NCBI GenBank assembly: GCA_000934665.2
Contig: KZ538214.1
Location: 62,001 to 126,000, forward strand
Direction of reading: 5' to 3'
Source: Catajapyx aquilonaris
Lineage: Eukaryota
DNA length: 64,000 bases
Shown here: piece by piece, positions 54,980 to 64,000 of the stretch
Layout: each line of letters opens with the position of its first letter
Position numbering within the stretch: position 1 is the stretch's first letter
Program-made: the position numbers and the translations under genes
The notes under the pieces: model-generated
Told to the model about the DNA's origin: nothing
Seen by the model: the letters and a program-made list of their open reading frames with translations, nothing else
The model's database searches: none

Positions 54980-55105
54980 AGTGTCGCATGATACGTACTG
55001 GTATATCACACGTACATGTCGAGTGATCAGGTGGGACTCGATTCTGCGAATAGGAACTTACGTCAGTGGATAGAAGCGATGTACGTGCGAGTATGGAGAT
55101 TGACG

Positions 55106-55121
55106 TTTATATGCTGATTGG
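55106..55121 (-). promoter_or_regulatory. Candidate CCAAT plus TATA core promoter of the GPCR
   Basis: Minus strand reads CCAATCAGCATATAAA about 130 bp upstream of the ATG. A possible 54-nt 5'UTR intron (54998..55051) lies in between. Confidence 0.35.
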
Positions 55122-58100
55122 ATTATTGTCAGGATATATGACAAGTGTTTCCGACGAAATTGAATTATATGGACAGATTACCGGTATGCAAACGTACCCA
55201 TGCATAACCATAGCACTCATTTCCGGCTGAAGGGGTAGTCAGTGACAAACCAGACAAGAGTATGCAAATGACGATGTAGAAACATATGGCAGAAAATAAC
55301 AATACTGCCCTAAACGAGTATTATTATGACGCATTGCTTTGCCCGCTATATATCGGGGAATTGCAACCTACAGTATTGAATTTCTACAGATTCTCATAAT
55401 TTTAACACCAGCCTGCAGATTGCCAATGGCCAGTTTAGAAAATTGCATTGGAAAAGTCATGCAATATTTTCAGGCATAACGGTATATAATTATATAAAAG
55501 TTCATTTTGTGTACTCCTGCTGCCGTATGCAGATTACGTACCTCACTATCTGAAACAAAATAACGGGTTTGAATGTTTTTTTTTCCATTGCAAAGGAGGG
55601 AATGATATTGAAAAAAAAAAAAGTACATGAACGCGTATAAAAAAATCACATGTCAAAAGCAGTTTGCCAGCAAAACCGCTATAAAATTATGAACGCGAAT
55701 AAAAAATGTAGAGTGTTACTAGACTTCAGGAACATACTAAAAAGCGTGCTAAAGTGTTTCAGCAACATGCAATCGACTAACCCCCAAAAAAGCGGTGGTT
55801 AGATGCATAAACATTTCTCGTTTTAAAAACTCTTTACCCTTTGAAATTGGATTCCTCGTATATGCTCTCGTATCCGATAATTTTACAAAACACTCCCATC
55901 AGTGTGCATGAATAATGATTCAAACGTCTAGGATATATCGCACATTCTGTGCTAAGTAGGTCGCAATTCCTCCAACGCAAGTTACGTCCCAAGTTTTTCA
56001 CCTATCGGCAAGGTACAGTCTCCCTAGAGGCGTAACTTGTTATCAGCCGTCTTAATTAGCAGCCGACCTTGACCTATAAGGTGCGGATGAAGCACTTCTT
56101 GTGCTTCACATTGACTCAAGCATCACTTCAAGAGCAAAAGGGGGAAACTTTTCGACCATTCCACACTGCATTACTTGGGGTGGGGAATGAGGATGATTTG
56201 GACTTTTAATAAGAATCGGAGTCGGTTATGGGGCCGTCTTTTCACAAAGAAGAGGAAATGCTTCCCTCGAAGCCTGCTGGATGGTCACCTGGGGGGTATA
56301 GAAGGAAAACGGAGGAGGTGGAGGAAATTCTAAGAGATGGGCGGGGTTTGCGGAAAGAGGGTTCTGCGGATTCAGGAACATCAGCCTGTTGACAAATTGC
56401 TGCAGTCAGATCGATCACAAGTGTTGCTGGGGACGCGATTAATATCCACGCAGCCTATATGGATTATTACACTCCTTGCTGGATCGTCGCTCAAAATAAG
56501 CAAGGAAAAAAAATGTCTTCATATTATTTTTTTTGGACAAACATTGTCATTAAATTAATATTCAGGGGGTTAAAAGCATGTTGTCTGTGGTGGATGGAGT
56601 GGCCGCAGAGATGCGATGAGACAACTTCTTTTTGGCCTCGGACTCTACTGGAGTAAACTCCCAGTAACCCATTTCTGTCGGCTTTGCTTTGAAAGCCATG
56701 CACGCGGGGGTTCGTCGACTTTGCCTGCATGAGCTACAAGCCAATTACGGAATTCTCTTTCTGCCGACTTGATTAAATTAATCCTCTGGAGTTGAAATTG
56801 TTCTTTCTGGTGAATTAGAATACGGTAATGCCATTTTAACAGGCTCCGGCAGCACCGGCAGGGGACAAGTGTATAACTTGCCTTACATTACATAGTCATA
56901 ATCCGGCGGCCCTCTTTGCTTGGGATGTAGGCGGATGATTCCGGGGGGGGGGGGGGNGGGATCTTTTTCAAACTGCTTTAATGGCGACGTGTGTCAGTGA
57001 TGAAGGCAAGGTTATATTGAAATGGACGCTTGTTTACATGTTGGCTTTTCATACTTATTCCGCTTGAAACTGCTGCCTTTGGGTGATTGAAGCTCAATTT
57101 TCTCGGCATATTGAGTGCAATTTTAAATTAAATAATTGGCGTATTCACGTCACGAAATTATTGCTCAAAAGTAAGTACTGTACTATATAAGAGAGCAAAC
57201 ATTCTGAATTATTTGTAGAAAGTACTGTATAAAATAACAGCCATAAGCAAAATATTGTTTGCGCCAAAATTATATGCAAATTAATTACAAGTTCAGAGCG
57301 CACTGTCACTTCATTTTGCAGAGCATTGCATTAAAATTCGTTTTGTACACAACAGCCGGAATTTTAAATTAATTCTTGGCTCCTCTTGTTCGTACCAGTA
57401 ATACACAGCGTGCTTTTTCCAGGCATGAATAGCATGCATAGGCTATACTCGCAATTAACGCCGCGAGAGGGATGAATGAAAGGGTATAATGAAGATGTGT
57501 TTCGCCTATTGTTATAGAGAAAAATAACGAGAAATGTTCCTGCTGATGACGTTACCGAATTACTGTATATATATATATATATATACTATTGGAAGCCGGA
57601 AACAGAAAACAACTTCAGAAAAGTGTCACCGTTCCCCTTGGGATGTTCCGGGAAATTGTGAGATCGGGAAATGATTGCACCAGTATAGCATCTTCACAAC
57701 TCTCATTAGCTAGATTAAAGATTTCTTTTTCTCGTATTTTTTTTTCTTCTTCTTCTTCTTCTTTCGTCCTTCTTCTTTTTCCTCTCTTTCTCTGTCTGCC
57801 TGCTGCCGTGTTGAAAGTAGTTGGCCGCTTGTTTCAAACTTTTCCTGGCCCAGTTCCGTCAAGTCCCAAAGTCAAGAAACAACTGGCGAAAATTACAATT
57901 GGTTTTGTAAATAACAGCCTCCTTCTCTCTTTTTTTTGTACTGTCTGGTTGTGGAGCCCTCTTGATGTAGTATTCGACCCGTGTAACACCGCTCAACCTC
58001 TGAAGACTTTCCCAGGGAAAACTTGATGGCACTAATCAAAAGGCATGAATTAATGCGATTATTTTGCCTGATTAAATGCGGGAGGGACTATTAGTGGCGC

Positions 58101-58836
58101 CATCAATGGCACCGTTACGAGTGATTCGTCCGGGCGAATTACTAGCCAATCGTGCGTCCGAATTCGATTAGAGTAAGCCAAACCGACGTCAGGGGACCAA
58201 AGTGCTGATAGTCCTTTTTTGGCTGCCGAATAGCAGGGTGTCTCATCATGATTCTGGACATTGGTGAAATTATGACACACCCTGTTCGTAGAAAAAAAGG
58301 GCGTGGTTGGAAGGCAGGAAGAAAGGTGAGGGCCCCAGACGCACAAAAAAATAATGCTGTCTGGAATTCAGGAGTGGAATATTTCTCCAGGCCCGAGGCT
58401 TCCGACATGTTCTCCAGTTTAGAGACGACGTTGATGTTGCTTAAAGGAAAGCGGGCGGGATGGGTAATTTCTTCGTTTCATTTACTCGAGCGCTTGAGGC
58501 TGATAGAAACTCTTTGATGGACGGGGGTTTGGGGTGGGGGAAGAGAAGAGAGTGCTGCTACCTCTTCACCCCCCCTTCAACCCAGCATCTCCTGGAGGGC
58601 TAAGATGAGAGGCAAACAATACAGAGGGCATGTTGCTAACCACCCCTCTTATTCTCTCCCCATCCCTGTGAACAACACACACTGTCTGACATCAGGCACT
58701 GTCCTCATCAGGTGCATTATCCGGATAAGCCTTGCGAATATTTGCAGTGAATGGACACGAACCTTTGTTACTCGAAATGATATGTAGTCTTGTCACATGC
58801 TGCTTCTGGGTAATTACTTATCATTCCACTAAATGC

Positions 58837-59028
58837 ACTCAAATGTGCAGTAATTGCGCCAAGGCAAAATTATATGGAAATTCTGTGATTATGTACATAT
58901 CATAGAATTTACATAATTTTGCCTTGGCGCAATTACTACAAATTTGAGTAACATAACATTCTGACATATTAACTGTGATGCGAATATCTGTATAGATATT
59001 TGCATTACAGTTAAGTCAGAATGTTATG
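58837..59028. repeat. Two adjacent imperfect hairpins (58837-58949 and 58952-59028)
   Basis: AGTAATTGCGCCAAGGCAAAATTAT / ATAATTTTGCCTTGGCGCAATTACT; and CATAACATTCTGAC..TTAACTGTGATGCGAATATCT / AGATATTTGCATTACAGTTAAGTCAGAATGTTATG. Confidence 0.85.
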
Positions 59029-61799
59029 ATGAGCTATGCTTTAAAGCTCCTGCATTAATAATTACGCTGCGTATTTTTGCACGAGCAGGTCTAAAACAAG
59101 GCTCGACTTATAATTCCTGCTGTAGTACAACCACCGCTACACGAATTGTAATGCGTAATCCACAGACACATACAAAAAAAAATCCTTAGCACATTTCGCT
59201 TTGAACCTGTAATCTATTTAAATTTAAATGCAATTTAGGACCAGTGCGGGAGTACTGTACGGCGTAATCATGGTCCTGTGAGAGGTCTATATGCACATGT
59301 CTGTCTCTCTTTTCCTGGTTTTGTAGGTGCTGCCGACTAGTGGCGACGGCGGCTTCCCCCATGTTTTGGAAATGGGGGAGGGTTGGCCCCCCCATCGTCG
59401 TTGTCGACAGACTTTCCCACCCTCTGCACCCCTTCCCTCCCAGACACGGCCTTGGCGGAATGACGGCGACGGCAGACACGCTTTGTATCGCATTGCCCCC
59501 CATCATTGCTCTCATTTACTATACACTACCCAATGGCCGAAAGCAAATCCACAAGGAAAATTGGGAAACACTCCCTTTTCTGGGATCTGAAATGGCATGC
59601 AAAACTGCATCGGACACGTCGGGTGAAGTGAGTAATTATCAGGGGCAAAAAGTTTCGCCATGATTAAGTTTACTGATGACCTGGGATGGGATTCGCTTGT
59701 TTGTGGTACCTGAAACTTCCTGCAGGATCCTGCGGAAGTTTCTTCCCTCTTTTGCATAAGTGCTTAAATCCTTAGGCTAACTGTCTCCTCTCCAGAGTAG
59801 TACAGTCAAATGGGGCGTCCCCTCGGCGCAGGCCCACTGTTGCAACCCTATATACAAAAGGGGGGGTTTGTGGGTGGTTGGGGGGAGAGAGAGGATGCGA
59901 GGTCTTCCCCTTTGGACTGAGGTCAGCGGCAAACTGCAAGCGGCAATCCGGCTAGAAAAGTGCGAAATTTATCAGGCTTTCCCCCTGCGGGCGTCTGTCG
60001 CCGCGTGTTATGACAGCCTAGATCGATATAAATCGAGGCTCTCCCGGTCTGTGCTAGCCTGCATTAGGGTTCCCCCTCACTTTTTTCCCCTTCTCTACCT
60101 ATAGATGCTGCTTCAGGACCATGAGATTCCGCGACCTCTAATCGGCCCAATCCAAAGGAGGAGCCGAAGAAGAATAATAAAAAAAGTATTGTCGATTGAC
60201 CCAAATGGTGATTATAGGGTGGGAGACAGAATGGGGGGGCTGATGAGACAATAGGAATAATTAAACGGGATTTTAACTAGGGAGGTATTTCCAATACTGC
60301 TTATGTTGCAGTTTTTTTTATATAAAAAAGAGTGACTCATGTTTATTCCTTCAGGATCTATTAGCAAGAGGTCATCCACTCCCTCAGACCTTAGACGTCC
60401 TGTCACGCATTCAAAACTTCCTTCTTTTTTGACTTTTTTTTACAATCGTTTTTCAGCACGCGAAACAGGTTATTCAGGATCTGCTAGTTTCTCAAGTGCT
60501 ATATGAATAATTTGGCGAAGATAAAGCTATAGAACAGTGCGTCGCTAGTCTATACCTGTTTTTATACATACTATATAAAATGTCGTCACAGGATGTAAAA
60601 ATGTACATATAAATACATAATTATAAAATGTACTGTGCACATAGCCCTGTAAAAAGTTTTAAATCTGCTCTTATCCTCGTGGGTGTATGCCCACAGTATA
60701 AGCTTCCATTGCTCAGAATATACACTGGTTACTTGCCTTTAGTCTGACTCGACCCCTTCTTGGCAACAATATTATCTCCACACTGGTCGTCTCCCTTGCA
60801 AAGAAAGCTGTCTTCACATTTTATGCCAGCAGGACTGGATGCCAAACCACTCACCTTTCTGGTTCTGTCACATTCCAGACGGATCTAATTGATACGTCAG
60901 GTATATGGCTTTGAGGTCGTCTTCTACCAGCGGTCCACAGTCTGCAACTAACACACGACAAATCGGTGGCCTTGTTCCTTGGCCAGCAGTCTTACCACGT
61001 GAGCGGATTTCCCCGTAATGATGACTCTGGAAGGCAGGCACCTGTGACACCCAAGGGCATCAAGGTTGGGAAAACCAGGGTTGCCAGCAATAATTCAGTG
61101 CTAATATGTTGCAGTAGGACTCAGTCTTTTATTAAGGAAATTCTAATGCAATGTTCCCCGCACGACATCAGTTTTTATCAACAGACTCACATGCATGCAA
61201 AGTTAGGGTCACTCTGTAAACTGATTGAAACGTTGTGACTGATGTGCTGATTTAAAATGACCTCTCACTCTTTCGATCATAAGAATTTTTTATAAAGTGG
61301 GTTTGAAAATATGAGAAAAGAGCCTATGTTATGCATTATGGTTAAACCTTTAAGCCCATTTTCAAGTATACCGTACGTATTATTTGTTGTCCAATAAGCG
61401 CGGAAAAGACTTTCAGATCATCGCATATCATCCATCCATGATCCTCCTCTTATCAAAACTAACACAAGTGTGACACACTCTATATATGGGGCCCATGTGT
61501 TACCCTGGTGTAAAGCCTAAATATGCATAATACACTTTCTTCACAAGTGCGTCATATTTCTTTGGTATTCTTTGGTATTTCGTAGTTACTATAATATATT
61601 TTCCACAGATGTAACAAAAGGTATCAAGTGATTCCAGACGACCCCTTGCAGCCACTTAGTTCACTTCACAGAATAAATCCCTCAGAGGGATAGAATTATA
61701 ATTAATGGGAAGTGTAATTTTTTTGGTGTGTATATGAATTTCCACAATAGTTTTCGTGAGCATTTATGCTTAAAAATCAAAGTTTTACAGCTAAACTCC

Positions 61800-61815
61800 T
61801 CAGTCCTCACAAGGA

Positions 61816-61858
<43 letters not shown>

Positions 61859-62079
61859 TCAGACATTGCTATCCTTGTGAGGATATTTTTCGCAAGTTTC
61901 CTATCCTTGTGAGGACCGAAAACCTTACGAGGACTTTTTTCAGGCCCTCATAACGTACACAGTCCTCACAAGGATGGCGGAAAATCAAACCAAGACCTCC
62001 TTTTTACTGTGAAAAAATAGGTCACCAAAATTTCGTGTGTATTTTGTAGGTTAGGTTAGGTTAGGTTAGGTTNNNNNNN

Positions 62080-62122
<43 letters not shown>

Positions 62123-62449
62123 AACCTCATAAGGATAGTCCTTTGTTCAGGTCTCGCATAGGGTCTGGGGACCAAGGTTGGTGTTTTGACTGTAGCTCTG
62201 GGGACAGTCTCCATATTGTGGGGACCTTTCGCGTCCCCACAGCAAAAACGCCTGCTTCAGTGGGGACATGTCCCCACAATTCCGTTATGTAGGGTTTTAC
62301 AAAAGTCCATTTTTCTCGCCCTAGGATAGGTAGGGTAGGGTAGGTAAGGTTATGGTAGGTTAGGTTAGGTTAGATCAGTTTACACTCGCTTCGAAAATGT
62401 GTTTTTCTTGCCCCCACAGCCTATTGGATCCCTGATTGTGTGTGTATGG

Positions 62450-62450
<1 letters not shown>
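61800..62450. mobile_element. Cluster of (TG)n-associated non-autonomous DNA elements with internal (TTAGG)n
   Basis: (TG)n at 61819-61857 and 62080-62121; GTCCTCACAAGGAT/ATCCTTGTGAGGA and TGGGGAC/GTCCCCA motifs in both orientations; TTAGG runs at ~62047-62072 and ~62350-62374. Assembly gap at 62073-62079. Confidence 0.55.
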
Positions 62451-62485
<35 letters not shown>

Positions 62486-62729
62486 ACTCTCCCACTCTCT
62501 TCTCTCTTCTACCCACAAAATTTGAAGAACGTAGGTTGGAATCTCGCGAGTTGACCTCTGCACGCCAGAAAAATGGTCAAAGGGTCACGTTGTGGGGCAG
62601 GTCACGCTAGTTGTGTCTTTCATCCCTCGGTGTGGACTATCTACCCACAAAATTTGAAGACCTCCCCCCCCCCCCTACTTGCGGGTCAGAAACCTAACCG
62701 ACACCGCACCTCCCCATGGATGGGTCAAG

Positions 62730-62910
62730 GATAGGAAAGGAAGGGGGTGGCTGTAGCCTATTATTTACGGAAGCGACCCCGGAATTTTCCTGGGAGGACC
62801 GTGGGAAACCACAGAAAACCACGGTCAGGATCGCCCGCCCCGGGACTCGAACCCAGGACCTCCCGATTAGCAGTCGGACGCTTTATCCACTCCACCAACC
62901 TCCTTCGGTG
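62730..62910 (-). mobile_element. tRNA-derived SINE, 3'-truncated copy
   Basis: Minus strand has GGTTGGTGGAGTGG (A box), GGTTCGAGTCCC (B box), then GGTTTTCTGTGGTTTCCCACGGTCC..CCAGGAAAATTCCGG shared with the next copy. Confidence 0.8.
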
Positions 62911-63030
62911 AACTGATGCTATCGTGTGATATTTGTTATAAAATGAATTTTCAAAACGTGTAAATGGAGCCAATAAAAATACGTCAGTGGTTATTGTGGC
63001 CTTCAGTTCCCGGACTTTCAGCTCTTCTAG

Positions 63031-63032
<2 letters not shown>

Positions 63033-63081
<49 letters not shown>

Positions 63082-63367
63082 TTACCCCGTGATAGAGCCA
63101 TTGGCTCTCTTAGGGGGGGAGTTCATCCCATTTTTTTTTTGTCAGGAACTCTTTGCTTTTTACTTTTTGCTTCGCTTTTTAGGAAGGGATAGGGATGGAA
63201 GGAAGCGGCTGTGGCCTGTTAATTACGGAAACAACTCCGGAATTTTCCTGGAGGGACCGTGGGAAACCACAGAAAACCACGGTCAGAGTTGCCGGCCCCG
63301 GGATTTGATCCCAGGACCTCCCGATTAGCAGTCTGGCTCCTTAACCCCTACACCAACCTGCTTCGGT
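63033..63367 (-). mobile_element. Full-length tRNA-derived SINE with (ATT)n tail
   Basis: Same family as 62730-62910. Tail appears as (TAA)n at 63033-63080 on +. 10-bp TSD TCTTCTAGTA at 63023-63032 and 63368-63377. Confidence 0.85.
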
Positions 63368-64000
63368 TCTTCTAGTAGCCTATAGCCCATGACAAATAAT
63401 ATCACACAATAGCATCAGTTCATCTCAATGTATGACAAAATAATGTATGTTGTATATTTTCTATTATTGTTCAACTTCAGCTCACTATAAAATATGTTTG
63501 ATTTATGTTACATTTGTTGTAGTATTGCATAGATTCTGGTGGTCCTGCTGGTAATGATGGTGCTGGACTATTCCTTCGTGTGTTCTTCTCTGTACCTTTC
63601 GATGATGTTCTCCAGGCGGTTTATGTGGACAGAAGGACTGAGGAAAACAACAGCCAGGTATTGGCCTTCATTCACTTTATACGCCGCCGGGGTATTATTG
63701 CAAACTAATTTCAGATTTGTGTCTTGGCACATGTTTCACTATGGTGACATTGCTGCAAGGAAAGGTTTACCCACACATGACGTAATTGGAGTAGCCCCAA
63801 ATAATCTGTGACTGTTAATGTCCTAGCCCAAATAATTCGTAGACAATCACAGAATTTCGAGTTTCGATATGTGACACACTTACATGCCCTGCATATGCGC
63901 GGGAATTAGTATGGGAAAGAAATCCTGGGCAGTCTAACAAACTATTTTGATTTATATTAAAGAGCTTGTTAAATATGTACTATTAACAGGCGAAGTCTAC

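Noticed and set aside
58680..58712. Hammerhead ribozyme core (CTGATGAG on the minus strand)
   Set aside because: The stem II candidate is followed by AGAC rather than the required GAAA.
62047..62072. True telomere
   Set aside because: Only about five TTAGG units, internal, with ordinary sequence continuing beyond.
62830..62910. Second tRNA gene (Ser-like)
   Set aside because: No proper acceptor stem or terminator; it continues into a SINE body shared with 63033-63367.
63539..63811. Small ORFs at the window end (90 aa on +, ~54 aa on -)
   Set aside because: No recognisable product; in-frame stops precede the minus-strand ORF; context beyond the window is missing.

Overview
Eukaryotic genomic DNA, most likely arthropod: GT-AG introns as short as ~63 nt, (TTAGG)n tracts and arthropod-type genes. 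I could assemble three spliced protein-coding genes by hand. (1) A STRIP1/2 (FAM40, STRIPAK subunit) orthologue on +, 14848..24856, 8 coding exons, 802 aa. (2) A 179-aa Snakeskin-like four-TM protein on -, 33957..34915, 3 exons. (3) A divergent ~360-aa moody/Tre1-like rhodopsin-class GPCR on -, 52589..54979, 6 exons. There is also an intact tRNA-Glu(TTC) on -, 9272..9343. The rest is intronic/intergenic DNA with many small mobile elements (pogo/Tigger-like, hAT-like and fold-back MITEs, tRNA-derived SINEs with target-site duplications, decayed mariner, Gypsy and LINE relics), microsatellites and several long palindromes. Nearly all other ORFs in the track look spurious. I found no CRISPR array, operon or clearly new multi-gene system. 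The best candidates for novelty are the GPCR with rewritten activation motifs, the Snakeskin-like protein with a long first loop, the hairpins (especially the tandem pair at 58.8-59.0 kb), and apparent CpG depletion over the STRIP gene body.
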